Shown here piece after piece: positions 39,560 to 53,353 of a stretch of DNA of 64,000 bases. The position numbers and the translations under genes were made by a program. The notes beneath the pieces were generated by a model that was given only the letters and a program-made list of their open reading frames with translations, searched no databases and had not been told where the DNA came from. Source of the DNA: Camelus ferus (Eukaryota); the NCBI RefSeq assembly GCF_009834535.1, contig NC_045697.1, positions 7,752,001 to 7,816,000 of the forward strand. Reading direction: 5' to 3'. Positions within the stretch are counted from its first letter, which is position 1. Each line of letters opens with the position of its first letter.

Positions 39560-40800
39560 GTCCTTCTCTACCTTCAAATAAATTCAAAAAGTTATTTTTA
39601 GTATAGAAAACAGATATAATATTGGAAAGAATACACTTTGTGCTCTTAAGGAAATCAAAGGATACATGTAGCTAAAAGTTGAAACAATGACAAGTTAACA
39701 GGGACACAGATATAAAGGACATGGGTCAGAGAAAAAATTTAAAATGCAAAGATTTAACAAAACAAATAAGGCTACAGAAGATTTAAAAAAGACACCGCAA
39801 GTGCTCATATTATTCTGGAAATTCTTTTAGGAAAAAGAAAAGTAGAGTAAAGTAATACCAATGTAGAGGGAAAATTATAATTAACTACCTTATAGATGCT
39901 ATGATGCTTACCTAGGGAAGCAAAAATAATTAACTTAAAAAAATGAATAAGAAGTGTTCAGTAAGATGTTCAGGTAACAAAATAATGACATATGAAGATT
40001 TGTTTTCTTATATGCTCGTCATTAAATTAGAAAACAAAATAGAAAAAGATCCCATCAAAACATCATAAAAATATTAAAATAATTAGAATCAAACTTTGGA
40101 AAAGCTCTGCAGTACTGATGTGAATAAAATGACAAAAAAATTACTATTATATAAGAGTAGATGAATAAATAGACATCCCTGAATGTGAAGTCCCAATTTT
40201 ATATACATATGAAATTAAATGATGCAGAAAAGTTTTATATATCTAAAATATATGCATATATAAAGTTATGTAATATAAAATTATAAGCAGATTTAATATA
40301 CAATAATTATGATATATTATATATTGATACATCATATATAATAATATATGACACATAAAATAAATATTACAGTATGTTTCTATATGATATACACATACTA
40401 TATATTTATATATGAGGCATAGTGAATTTAGGAAAGTTACCAACCATTACACAGCTAGTGTCCACATCAGAATTCAAACTTAGGCAGTCTGACTTCAGGG
40501 TCTGCATTCTTAACAACCGTGCTATAGTGAGAAAAGGGTAAAAAAAAGCTAGTGGACATGAAAGATTATACCCCTGAAAGTAAACACAAATGTCTTTTGA
40601 AGATATGAGATAATATTCACCTTAATATCAACAAAGATGTGAAAATTAATAAAAAATGGCAGTGAGATATCATAATTTGCTTATTGGATTGAAAAATCAC
40701 AGGATTACTGCACAAGAGTAAAGAATAGCCAGTCACTAAAATTGATTTTCAGAGTATAAATCCATACAACAGTTTATGAAGCTGATTTGCTAGTATGTTA
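39560..40800 (+). mobile_element. Highly decayed old L1 (L1ME-like) ORF2 remnant, with an AT-rich low-complexity block (40200-40412) and a MIR (40412-40528)
   Basis: A-rich; gttcagtaagatgttcaggtaacaaaataatg...aaattagaaaacaaaatagaaaaagatccc. Confidence 0.6.
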
Positions 40801-41149
40801 AAAGTCTTGCTTAGTCCTGAGGACTGTGTGACTGCCTTCCACTCTCTCCTCTTTTCCCAGACACCTGGAAGACTGACCCTTTCTTGCCCCTTTTGAAGTT
40901 AGAAGTAGCCATATACGACCTGATTTTGCCAATAGAAATGTATCATTAGATGGTGAGATAGTTTATATTTTTATTATTATATTATCATGATTATTATATA
41001 ATGAAAGTAAGCTTAAAAGCTAATTACAAAAAAAAGACAGTTGGCTTGAGTTTAACGAGTAATTGTCAAGAAGATCTGAATTAGATAATAGAGAATGCAT
41101 GGTGTGTGTGCTAATGCGAAACAGCATGTACGTCGTGTAAGGACCATAG

Positions 41150-41465
41150 CTTTGGTAGCACTAAGATGGAGGCTTGCCTTTCGTTCACATCACTCATTTA
41201 CTATTTGATCTTGAACACATCATTTAGCCTTTCTAGTCCTCTATAGTTTTACTCCATAAAATGGCAGAATTAACATATATATCATGGTGGTATTGTAAGA
41301 ATTATTATTATGAAGATTAAAATGAAATATATACATATATAAGTAAAACATACATTTATATGTAATGAGGTGATATATAATTATACATATTATAAAATAA
41401 ATATTATATACAAGTGTGCATATCTTACCGCTATGCCTTGGCTCAGTAAATACATGTTAGTTTTT
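41150..41465 (+). mobile_element. MIR SINE with internal (TA)-rich expansion
   Basis: atttactatttgatcttgaacacatcatttagcc...ccataaaatggcagaattaac. Confidence 0.6.
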
Positions 41466-42013
41466 GTTAGTTAGGATTTACTTTATTTCCTACCTTGTCT
41501 CCTCCGTAAAGGAAATCTGGCGGGTGGGGATTTTAAGGCTGGTGTGGCAGCTTTCCTCCTTCTCTTTTTTTGCTTCTCACTCGGTCTTTCATGCTCAGGG
41601 TTACTTCACAGCATAAGATGCATGTTAGAGCCCCTGCTACCTTGTCCGCACTTCATGTAGTAAGAAAGAGGTGGAGGAAAGACGAAAAGGACCTCTTCTC
41701 AGGTAAACAGCTTCCTGTTAACACAGCGTTAGTGCAAATTTCACACAATATACTTGCACACATATGACTGTCCAGAAACGAGTCCCATCCACAGCTCCTG
41801 TGTCCCATTCCACATGCCTTTTTCTCAGCCTTCCCCAGTGAGAGAAGACCTTCTCACCAGCTGAAGTCTGCAGGTACCTTAGAGGAAAGTGTGTATCGTG
41901 TATATTAAAAGGGAAGCTATTTTCACGCCCTTTCCTCCTCCAATTGGTTGTTCTGCTTCCCCCTAAAGTAGCCTATTTGTGTTCTTAATTCATATCAACA
42001 CTTTTCCTACTGT

Positions 42014-42017
<4 letters not shown>

Positions 42018-42050
<33 letters not shown>
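42018..42050. repeat. (TG)n microsatellite
   Basis: Direct observation. Confidence 0.95.
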
Positions 42051-42053
<3 letters not shown>

Positions 42054-42549
42054 CACAAATTCCCCAGCTGTCATTGAGACTAGTATTTCCTGAAAATGCT
42101 TCCCATCAAACCAACCCACCCTGTTTTCCCTGACTGTAGCCCCCACATCTTGCTTGGGACTTTGCCTGTGAAACACCTCCTTCCAGAACTCACTCTCCCA
42201 AATCCTGGTAGTGGAAATGTTACCCCTCGTACAAATGCTATCTCAAATTTCACAGCCACCTCCGCTCCTGAGTCCATGTCTTAGATCTACCACTTTCATT
42301 CTCTGTGACTTCAGAGAACTCAGTTTACATTTAGTTTGTAGATGCCTTCAGAACTGAAGTCACTCTAATTAGGTTCATGTCTGCAACCTCCTCTTGGCAT
42401 TGAGTCCTTGAGGACCGGGAGGCTATCTCCAACATCTCTGCTTTCCCTTTGTGTTTATCCAAGGATGTGGCATATCAGTTGTTTGTTCACAGCATGATAC
42501 ATAAATCTGGGTTAACTACAAAGCATTGGCTTCCAAAGTTTCCAAGATA

Positions 42550-43120
42550 ACTTTATTCAAAAATATGTTTATTTTTATTTCATTATAAAAATCAATTCAG
42601 AGTCATCAAATACAATTTGCAAAACAGAAATATATGGGTAGGGGAGAACTCTCCCAGAGTCTAAATTCTGCAGTGGCAACATATTTATTTAGGTTTATTT
42701 TTATGAACAATTTGAACATGATTATAATCATACTTTACATACAGTAGTTATCCTGCTGTTTCCCTTAATAAGGGAAATGCTTACAATATAATTTATGACA
42801 TCCTCCTCTTAAGCATTCAGTTTAAATCTTGTGTAATATTCCATTGGGTATATTTACTATAATTTGTTTAAGCATTCCAATTTTGTTGGTCATTTAATTG
42901 TTTCAAGTTGGTTAGGATTACAGATAACTGTTAAATGTCTTTTAACATGATGGCATTTTTATATTTAGGGTTATTTCTTTCAGATAGGGTTTCAGAAATA
43001 CAGTTGCTGGATCCAAATGTATTAAGCTTTTATTATTCTAGCAATACATATCTCCAAAAGGCTTTTCATAATGGTTGTGCCAATTTTCTGACCTACCTTA
43101 TTTTACATCACCCTTGTCAG
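42550..43120 (-). mobile_element. Old L1 (L1ME-like) 3' fragment
   Basis: gtaatattccattgggtatatttactataatttgtttaagcattcc...ggtcatttaattgtttc. Confidence 0.6.
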
Positions 43121-44952
43121 CATCAGGGATGAGGATGAGGCAGATGATGGTGATGATGCTGCTGCAAGGTTTTTTTTTTTTTTTTTTTTTTTTACTGATT
43201 TTTCACTGGTTTCAAGATTATTAACACCAAAGTATAAGACAGAATTAGACAGAAAAATGTATTTCATTTTCCAGTGTTTGGTCTGTCTGAGGACTAGTAA
43301 ATTGAGGTTGATTTGAGAGGACAGGAATAGGAAGACAAGGAGCAGGAGGAGAAATAAAATAGGAGATGAAGGGAGGAGTAAATAAAAATAAGAAGCGTGT
43401 CTTGTGTTATCCTTCTGCCGTGTTTTAGAATATTGATTATCCATAAGCATTATTGTAAGTTTATCCTTTATCTATTATTTTTATTGAGAAATAACTGTTA
43501 CTAAACAATCTCTTTAATATGTTTTATTATGACCATGACATTTAGAAACGTGGCATAATATAATCCATTAACCTCTCCAGAGAATAAAAGGAATTCTTTA
43601 ATGATCCCTTTTGTCTGTAAGATGCCATTAAGCAGAGCTTAAGAAAGCAATTTCATTGTTAAATAACACCATTCATTCTCAAAATATCTAAATTATTTGC
43701 TGAGCAGTTAGTTGGATAATAGCAGTTTGATTAATCTGAAGATAAATGCAATAAGCATTACAGGCTCTCAGTCCTTTCACATCCATGTCTGGCTATTAAA
43801 GCCGTGCTAATCTGGGGAAAAATAAGAGATCTTGCACCCATCCTCCGTTACATTTCAACTCAGGGAATCAATGGATATTACAGGTCAGAGACGCTCCCAT
43901 AAATTACCTGGTTATGTCCTTCACCATGTCCTGCCCCAGCCCTGGGCAAGAAAGTAACTGGTCCACATTAGGGTGTTCTTGCCTTCCACACGTTGACTTT
44001 TTTATTTATACTCTATAAACTTTGGAAAATTCGTATTTTTAAATCTTCGTTTTGCTCTTACTTGTTCCCTCTTTCTCCTCTTCAGTTGAAATGACTTATA
44101 TCCTAGGAAGGTTCTGACTATCCTTTGGAAAAGTTCTAAGAAATGCATGGCCAAAGAGTTGACAAGTGCAGAAAAAAGGAGAAAAGGAGGGAATTATTAA
44201 AGTGAGTCATAGCATGTGTGATCTTGAATGCCTGGCAAGTTTGGCTCTGAGAAACACTGGCCAAAAGGGAATTGGAAAAATAAACGCCAGGCCTGGGAAA
44301 ACAGAGCTGAACCGAGGCTGAATTTTGGAAGAGTTCACCCGAGGGGTGGATCTTGGGGTCTGGGAGGTGGGAAAGCAAGGGTTTTGCCTTGGCTGGATGT
44401 TGATTAAATTGTAGAGCAGTGTCCAGGTTTCCATTTAGGACAGGCCTCCAGTCTGTGGCCAGAGGATACACAAGTGTGGTCTTAGGCGGGGGAATTGGCA
44501 AGACTCATGCAGAATTAAGTCATCTCCTCAAGTTGTCAGAAACTTTGGGCAGAATTCTAGTTCCAGAAGGCAGCTTGTCTGCTAATAAAAATGCAAGATA
44601 AGATTGGTTATCAGAAATGGGCAACGATTCATAAGATCGTGTAGTAGGATGGTGGGTTTTAGAAGCTACAACAGAATGAATACGTGGATCATCTCCTTCT
44701 AGGTATACGCCATAAGCAGAAAGGTTAATTCTAGACACTAAAAAGCTCGCAATTGGAGTTTGAAGAAGACAAATATTGGAGCATGGCAAAAATCTCAATT
44801 TTTTTGTTGTTTTCTAAGAATCAAATATTGGGTATTTTGGGAGTGGTGAGGAGAAGAGTTTAAGGAGCTAAAAGTATAGTTACGTGTGTGTATGTGTGAG
44901 TGTGTGTGTGTGTGTGTGTGTACATATATATTTATATATATAAAATGGTATT

Positions 44953-45375
44953 TGCAATGGACTGAAGTATGTGCTTCCAAAATTTATATGTTGAAACTCT
45001 AACCCCCAACATGATTATATTTAGATTTGAGGCCTTGGAAGGATAATTAGGTTTATATACACTTATGAGGGTAGAGCTTCTCTGAAGATGGGTCTACCAT
45101 GATAAGATTTGTGTCCTTATAAGAGAAACATGTAAAAGCTTGCTTCACCTCTCTCAACTCCCCTCCCACCCCAAGAACAAAAAGAGGTCATGTGGGCACA
45201 CTACAGGATGGCAGCTGCCTACATGACATGACAAGAGAAGAAGCCTCAGAATGGAACCTACCTTGCCTACACCTTGATCTGGGACTTCTTAATCTCTGGA
45301 ACTCTGAGAAATTTATTTCTGGTGCTTAAGACATTCAGTCTATGGTATTTTGTTACAGCATCTCAAGCTAATATA
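44953..45375 (+). mobile_element. MLT1A-like MaLR solo LTR with intact 5-bp TSD
   Basis: TSD gtatt at 44948-44952 and 45376-45380; caaaatttatatgttgaaactctaacccccaa...cagtctatggtattttgttacagc. Confidence 0.9.
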
Positions 45376-45950
45376 GTATTGAATTATAATATACATTTGA
45401 CAAAATATTCAACTCCTAAACTTAGAGGTGAATCACTTTGCACTAGGTAAACATAACGAGATAACTAGCTTAAACAATGGTGATTACAGTGTCACAGAAA
45501 CTCCTTTCATGGTCTCTTGTCACTTCAACGGTACTACTAACCTGACTTCCACTTCCACTGATTACCTTTCACTGTTTGTAAAGTTCACATAAATGAAATG
45601 CACGTGTCTGGTCGGTTTTGTTCATTATTATGTCTGTTAGATTCATCTAAGTCATTTTGTTTAGTTGTAGTTTTTGTTTTTTCATTTGTTTGTTTCATTT
45701 TTGTGGTTGGGTAATGCTCTAATGGCTTTATCACAATTATTTACACATTCTATTTTTGATGTACATTTAAATTGTTTCCAGAGTTACTATTACTAATAGC
45801 ACTGAACTATTACTGATTACTGACAGTGATAAACATAAAAAACACTATTCTGTTGGATAAATAGCCAGGGGTGGAATTGATGAGTAAAAGAGCATGAGTT
45901 TGTCCAGTTTAGTAGAAACTGCCATAGAGTTTCTCCCAAAGTGATTCCAT
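45376..45950 (-). mobile_element. Old L1 (L1ME-like) 3' fragment
   Basis: actactaacctgacttcc...ttcattattatgtctgttagattcatc...gatgtacatttaaattgtttccag. Confidence 0.65.
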
Positions 45951-47574
45951 CATAAGCATAAACTAGGTTGTAGTTTTTTGTTTATTGTTTTTGGAGATTT
46001 TTTAAATTAGACTAAATAAAGTCTGTGTTTCAAGCAGGGTGAAGAGAAAAAGAGAATGAAATTCTACACACTTATTAATCTTCTTGGCCCAGAAATAGTA
46101 CATTGTTTTTGCTCCATATTCCATTGGCTGGTAAGATTTGGACAGACATAATACAGGGGAAAAAAAAAATCAAATAAAGGAAGAAAATCAGCAAATTAAG
46201 TTTTAGAGACTTATAAGGATTATAGTGTAAACAAAACTGCAGGTTGTTGAGGTGAGGGCACAGGGAAGACAGATAAGACATAAGAAATGAGTTGAGTCAA
46301 ATGACAGTTAATGTAGAATCAGTGAAGATTTTTGAATAAAGGAGTAACTTTTTTTTTAAACGGGCTGGGTTGTGGGTTTTTTTGTAATCAGAGTCTTAAA
46401 GTCAATTGTCCAGAGGCACACAGCTAGATGGCTCTACTGACAGATAGTTAGCTAGTTAAGATCTCATGACCAATGTCCAAAGGAGAGGTAATTATGCATC
46501 TACTTGCAGTGGTCATACTGGGAATGGAAATCTGTGAAATACATGACAGAGACAAAGAGGAAACAGAAGAGAGCAGGGTTGTCAGAATGCATTAGAAAAG
46601 GCTTTTCCAGGCTCCCAGACCAGTGGTCTTTCCATTTTACCATACACCCCATGGCAACTCCTGGGGTCAGTTCCAATCCTATTGCTTTATGATCCTGGAG
46701 TTGCTAACAGATTTATGTCAGTTGAGTAGCAATTATTCAGAATGCATGTGGCCACTGAAATTTTCCTGGGGTCTGCAGGATTATGTTATGCTCGTATAAG
46801 GAGCAATACATCAACATGGATGAACCAAAAAGACAGGAAAAGAAAATCAGATTGGAAAGTGGTCAGTGTAATAGGTCAGCTGTTCCATTAAAAATCAGTT
46901 TTCTTTCTAACGGACATTTTAATTCAGTTTTTTCCTAATAGCTATAAGGCAAAAATATTTTTGCTGGAAGATTCAGAAGACCAAAATCTATTTCCTTCTG
47001 TCTCCTAATAAGGTTTGCCAGTAATACCTGTAGCTTCAGAGAAAAGTTAAAATTTAAGTCAAGTATTTTATACAGTCCCCAAACGATGACGAATCAAGGG
47101 ATGGTGATGTCTGTATCAGAGAAATAAAACTTCCACATCCCTCAGTACTGTTGGGATAGAAATTCATAAACCATCTGAATTGAACCTTAGTTATAGTGCT
47201 TCACTATTCAAATAGATTTTCTTCTTATCTTTCTGATAATCTAATGAGCTCATTGGGCGAATACATTTTCCCCATTTTGAAGATGAGAAAAGTGAGTCTC
47301 AGAGGATTTCAAATACTTGTCTCTCACTACGGTAAAATTGACAATGGAGGGCTTTGTCGTTAAATTTGCTTTCATTCCTACTTGGTGTCTGTGCACTCTA
47401 GAATCCTGGTGGTAGCAGGGTTTCCTATGTCTAGCTAGATTGGTTCATTTCCTAGGACTGAGGCAGTAGAGTAGTTGTGCGTAAGGGAGAAAAAAATGTA
47501 AGCTGTGGGAAGATCTTAATTTTAATGCAGGCTCCACTTCATGTGACTTTATCTAAAATGTAGGGAAGTACGGC

Positions 47575-48043
47575 TTTGGAAAGCTGCATAATACCTGCAA
47601 AGGTATCTGAGTCCTAACCCTGGGGACCTGTGATCAGTACATGGCAAAAGAAAACTTGCCGATGTGTAAGTGAAGAATCTTGAGAAGGGGAATTGTCATG
47701 AATTATCTGAGCGGGCTTTGATTCTAAGTACAATTGTCTTTACTGGGAAGAATAGAAGATTTTACTGAAAGAGAAGAAGGCCCTGGGATTGCTGAAGCAA
47801 GATGAAGAAAGGCACGAGAGCCAAGGAACGCATAACATGCAGTTCTTGAATCTGGGAAAGACAAAGGAACAGATTACCTCCTAAAGCCGTAGGAGGGAGC
47901 ATGGCCTTACTAACATCTTCATTTCAACCCAGAGAAACTGGTATTGGACTCCTGACCTCCGGACGGTAAGAGACTAAATGGGTACTATTTTAAGCCACCA
48001 GGTTTATGACAATGTGTTACAGCAGCCATAGGAAACTAATACA
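47575..48043 (+). mobile_element. MLT1D solo LTR
   Basis: Degenerate TSD acggc/atggc; gagccaaggaacgc...aaaggaacagatt...ttacagcagccataggaaactaataca. Confidence 0.85.
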
Positions 48044-48615
48044 ATGGCTTTTCAAGACTGTTAATGGGATTCAATGCCCTGTAAGTAAAGGCCAGGCAGA
48101 AGATGGGTGCCAGTTACGGTAAACTAAGATCTTAAATTTCAATCTAGCCATCTCTCCCTGAGAGGTGTAGAACATAAAAGAAATGGCAGGTAAATAAATT
48201 CTCTTTATCACTGATCTTCTTCCATAAAATTGTTTCTAATTGTCTACCCTTGAGAACTCAGTGATGTCACATACAAACCTTACTGGTGTTTTTAATCTTT
48301 TTTGAGACATCCTATCTGAAAATTCATCTCATGTGATTCTTTCCATCTTTCCTTTCTTCTGACCCTGTTCTGATCCTATTAAACCTTCCGGAGACACATA
48401 TCAAGTACAACTTTCCCAAGAATGGAAAGGCAGAAGATGAGAATAAAGGAAGTTGGGAAAAATCTTGTGTCAACCCAGACAGCAGGCAACTCTTAGCACA
48501 AATTTAGATAGTTCTATAAGTGATAATACTCATAACTTCCCTCTTTCATGTCTGCTTCTTATAAACGCTTTTTATGGTGTCTGTATTTTATTAATCAAAG
48601 ATAATTTATATATAT

Positions 48616-48820
48616 ATTTTATTTTTTATTGAGATATAGTTGATATACAAGATTACGTAAGTTACAGGTGTACAACATGGTCATTCATAATTTTAAAGGT
48701 TATACTCCATTTATAATTATTATAAACTATATTCTATATTCCATGTGTTATATAATATATCCTTGTAGCTTATTTTATACATAACAATTTGTACCTCTTA
48801 ATCCTCGACCCCCATATTGG
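48616..48820 (-). mobile_element. L1 3' tail (cetartiodactyl-type)
   Basis: ttttttattgagatatagttgatatacaa...aaaggttatactccatttata...tttgtacctcttaatcc. Confidence 0.8.
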
Positions 48821-49819
48821 GAGGAGGGTCAATAAAACACTCTTTGAGAATCAGAAAAATACTGGGAAGTTCAATTAAGCTGAATTAGATATTTGATTGT
48901 CTTAAATTGTGCCCTTCTCCACACTTATGAGGCAGAATCTTGATCCCAAAGATTGTGTCCTTTTGTGAATGGATGCATTTCTTGGCATTCCCATGCTAAT
49001 ACATGCCAGTCTTGGAACATAACTCATCAACCGCACTAACCCTGTTACTGGACCTGCCAAATAGTATCAGCCATGCTGTTAACAGTTTTTGCCAACCAAA
49101 TTATCTGTGATTTTGACAGGCTCTTGGATGCTATGCATTGAACAACTGCCTTCTCTTGTCAAGATTCACTTCTCCAACAGGACCAAGTTTCTTAGCTCCT
49201 TTCTTCTTACCGTAAGCCTCTTATACTTTCTACTTAACTAGAACCACTGAGGCTTTTTGTGCCTCATCATATACCTGTTTCAGTTTGACAGTTCAAGTGT
49301 GGATCTTCAGTCCTAATTTGGAACTCAAAATTTGTTTATTTATAAAATTTACCTTGGCATGGGATTTGAGGGGAAATTGGCTTTAAATTCCTCCTCTCTA
49401 CTTGCTAGCTATGTAACATTGAACATACCCTCTAATATCACAAAACCAAAGTCTACCCTTGGTGTGATGTAAATAATAGCAGCAGTACTCATTTCTTTGG
49501 TGGATGTTGTTAGAAACATGGAGGACATTGTTCATGCTAGTGCTTTGGGAAGTCTTACAAACTTTAATGAGTAAGAATCCTCTTTTCTTCTGTATTGCCA
49601 GAGAAATCCCAACAGGAAATTCTCCCCCTGCTGACTATTATTTCTAGAATAACAAGATTGTAGGAATCAGTCAAGTGTGCCTCCTCTGACTTTTCCTCTG
49701 TCTCTAAGTCACGTATTTCTCAAGTGCTACCCGTTACTCATCTCGAAAAGATGAAGATGATACATCCTATGAGTGGAGTTGGGACTCAAAACTGCAAATC
49801 TTCATTATGATGTGTTTGG

Positions 49820-50285
49820 TGTGGTAGCATTAAAAAAATGAATAAATAACTCCCAAACTCTTTGGCATTCTTCTCACTGAGATGTGAGTTCTATGTCCTC
49901 TTCCTTTGAATCTGGCCTCTCTAACTTGGCCAATAAATAATTGATGATGGAAATGGCCAGGTTACCACTTCCTGTAATTTGAGATACTCACTCTTAGAAC
50001 ACAGCTGCCATGCTGTGAGGAAACCACACGCACAGATGTTCTGGCAAAAGTTCCATTTTAACTGATGCATCAACCACTTGGCCTGGGAATTAGTGGCCCT
50101 TATATGGCTGCAGCCTCCAGCCTTTGAGCAATCCCTAGCCTTGAACTGTCCAAGCTGACGGTGCAAGAAGCAGCAGTGAACTGTTCTCTCCAAGCCTTTC
50201 TTATACTGGAAATACACGGGGGCGGGGAGCAGTTGTAATTATCGTGAGCCACTGCTTTGGGGTGTTTCTTTACATAGCAATGAAA
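49820..50285 (+). mobile_element. MLT1F/G-like solo LTR
   Basis: tgtggtagcattaaaa...tcactcttagaacacagctgccatgctgtgaggaaacca...ttggggtgtttctttacatagcaa. Confidence 0.75.
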
Positions 50286-51329
50286 ATTTGGGGTAAAAGA
50301 TCTTATGAGAAAAGAGCAACATATTTGGCATCTTGATTAAGGGAAGACTTGTTTTGTTATTATAGTCCCCTGTGGGGCTGTGGGAGACAGTGGGGGCACC
50401 ATTTAACAATTTTGCATATTTACATGTATAGACAAGGGGGTAACCAAATTATGCTAATATATATATGTATATGTGTATATATATATATATATATAGTGTT
50501 GAGGTTGAAGATAAGGAAATATATTTCAAAGCAAGGAGAAACTTTAGAAGAGGTACAGGGTTAAGGTTCAGAGCTGAGAGGTTAGCAAGTCAAAGAAAAC
50601 CAGAAGACACGAAAGAAGATTAAAATAAGCTGGTTGAAGTATCACTTGAGCAACATCAGATACTCTGATTTTTTGCCCATAGTTTCTCTTTTACACGTTC
50701 CGGATGCCTAATGCTTCATGGTGACAAGGCAGGTCAGATTCATAAAAATGTCTTACGGAGATAACTTTAACGTTGACGATATGCTACAGCATGCATAACC
50801 TCAGCATCTCCATCCTGCTGGGCCCAACTTTGTGACTTTTTGCAGGAAACAATTGCTTTTTACAATCCAGCCTACATTCCTCAGTAACACAGCAGGGATC
50901 TTGACCTATAAAAGTGTGCCCTCGAGCGAAATAGATTTACAGTAAAAGGACAAGATGTTGCACTCAGCAAAACAATAGTTACCACTTCCCAGAGTTACGG
51001 ACTGGACTAAAGTACCAGATCAGTCAACAGACGACTATGGTGATAAAAGTGAACTGACAGGAAATACTCACTGAGTGGATAAGGGCTCCACAGGCAGAGT
51101 TAAAAATGTTTTCCACAACTTGAGTTACATGTTGAAAATGCCGGTTTCCGAGACCCTTGCTGAGCGGCTCCAATTCCAGATATATGGTGTGCAGATATGT
51201 TTTTTGCCACTCAGGGTGATTTGACAGACAATGATGTTTGAAAGCCAATAATCTCAATTTCAAATTTTTGTGGGCAGTAGGATTGAGTTCTGTGTGTTCC
51301 TGTTGGTACTTAGCACATATCTCAAGTTA

Positions 51330-51775
51330 ACAGAGCTCCCTTCCCTTTCTCTTCCCATATCCCGTCTGGGGCAAGATGCAGAAATAAACCTCTGGCTTCT
51401 CTCTTGAAGACAGAGCATGTTGGCAGGCTGTGAGGACCATGCTTTGCGGGCACCTGGCAGCTATAATTCTTTCAGTTCTGCCTTAGAGTCTGAGTTGAGG
51501 TCACACATTTCTTGACGGAGCAAGCCTGTTGTAGATGGGCCACGCCCAACATAGCTCTCATTTGAAGGGCGGTCTTTGCTCCAGGGTGCTCCACTGGGCT
51601 GGCAGAGGCTGTGAAATATGCACCACACAACCTCATAGTTGGCACCACTGACTTTCCCTGCCAGGTGGCCTGGGAACAAGCCTGCTTCGGTCCTGTTAAT
51701 TCTCAGGTGCTACTCCACAATAAATCCTTCGCACTCCTCACTTAACTTCAGCATCTGCTTTCCAAAGGGCTTCAC
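51330..51775 (+). mobile_element. LTR33-like ERVL LTR
   Basis: 3' end caataaatccttcgcactcctcacttaacttcagcatctgctttcc. Confidence 0.5.
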
Positions 51776-51899
51776 GGATAGACCTTTCCCTTCAACTTCC
51801 TAAACAATTCCATCCTAAAACCGTTAGGTAAGGCCAAGCAAAGTAAGTCATCCACCTGGAAGGACAGCTTTATGTAAGGTGTCCAGACTCAACCAGGTT

Positions 51900-52930
51900 G
51901 AAGCTGCGTGTCAATACAAGAAGAGCGGTCAGAGGGAATCAGCCTGCCGTGTGAGGAGGGCATCCATGTCTGTGGGTGGCTCAGCTTAGGGTTTCAGAAC
52001 CTAAGCAGGATAATGAGAGTGTCTACATGGAGGAGTGTCCCTGTCGGGCACTGGAGCACAAGTAAGATAAGGAGGGAATCTGGGTTGGGTGAGGAGGTGG
52101 GGAGTTAGAAGCCTGGCATGGACCATCAGAGCCCAGCAGAGGGAGATAGGCATTATCTGTAAGGTCACACCAGCGCAGGTGTACAGAGGCCAACAGGGAG
52201 AACAAAGCTGTAAGCCAGGACAGCTGGGTCTGGGAATGCAGACCTTGAGGAGGGTAAAGAAGGCACCCACACAGCACGCAGATTCATGAGGTAAGGAGGC
52301 CATCTGCAAATGGGCCGCCTTGAGGGCGTGGGAGAAGCTAAGCAGGTTAAACAAAGTGCCCGTGCAGGCCAGCCAGGAGTGATGGCAATAAATGCTTGGT
52401 TGCCTAGAGAAAAACTGACCAAATAAATTAGTGTATTAGGAAAAAGGGGAGCTTCACTGTCAGAGAATCAAGTCAGAAATATGGAAAGAAAAAAAAAATT
52501 GGAATAAAGCCCCTGATGTTGGATAGGAAACACTGGATTAGAAATATTAGTGTCACCTCATGAATTTCTGGATTTCAGTAATAGAGACAACAGATATTGA
52601 TGTATTTGTAAATCTCTCTCTTCACGTATCTATGAATGTGTGTGTGTGCGTGCACATACACGTGCAAGTGTCTCCAAGGCATCTCAAAGATCTATATAGG
52701 CATCTATTTTATATGTATATCATATGTATATCATATGCAAATCTCTCTCTATATAGCATGTTCACTCACACAAACATCTACCTATCTATATATAGACAGA
52801 CATAGTGACAGACATGGATACATACACGCATGCACCATAGCTCTGGCCACTGAAAGGGTCACGGTGATATTTCTAGTCCTACATGCTCTTCTAGAATGTT
52901 ACCATTATTTCCCTTCAAAAAATGAACTCT
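51900..52930 (+). mobile_element. L1MD/L1MC-like 3' UTR fragment with degenerate GC-rich internal repeats
   Basis: Recurrent gtgaggagggcatccatg / cagagccc-type units, then agggggagcttcactgtcagaga and ctctggccactgaaaggg. Confidence 0.55.
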
Positions 52931-52934
52931 CTTC

Positions 52935-53353
52935 TTCCTTCCTTTGAAATTACACGGGAATTTATCTTTGCCTCAACAAATTGAATGTCTGAATTTGAAG
53001 GCATGAAGGCGGATATAACTTCTGCGTGGTATTCTGTCTCCTGAGACGTTCACCTTTAGAACCCAGCTACCACGTTGTGAGGAACCTCAGTCCTCATGGA
53101 GAGGTCACCTATAGGCACCATGCCTGACAGCTGGAGCTAATGTCTCAGTTTACAGCTGCCATCCACCACTCTACATATAAACGAATAAAGCCCAGATGAC
53201 GGTGCCTGCTCAGCCTATACCCAGTGGAGCAGAGACAAGCTGAACCTTCCAAGTCCTGCTCAGAGTGCATATTTGTGGGCAAAATAAATGTTGCCATTGT
53301 TTTAAACCATTGATTTTCGGAATGGTTTTTATGGAGTCTGAATAACTGGAATA
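52935..53353 (+). mobile_element. MLT1G/H-like solo LTR
   Basis: ttagaacccagctaccacgttgtgaggaac...gtggagcagagacaagctg...caaaataaatgttgccattgttttaaacca. Confidence 0.75.

Noticed and set aside
50907..50914. Perfect TATAAAAG
   Set aside because: No CpG island, downstream exon or other promoter evidence
51900..52400. Degenerate spaced GC-rich repeats as a CRISPR-like or novel array
   Set aside because: Irregular, poorly conserved units consistent with old L1 3' UTR repeats; mammalian DNA with no cas genes
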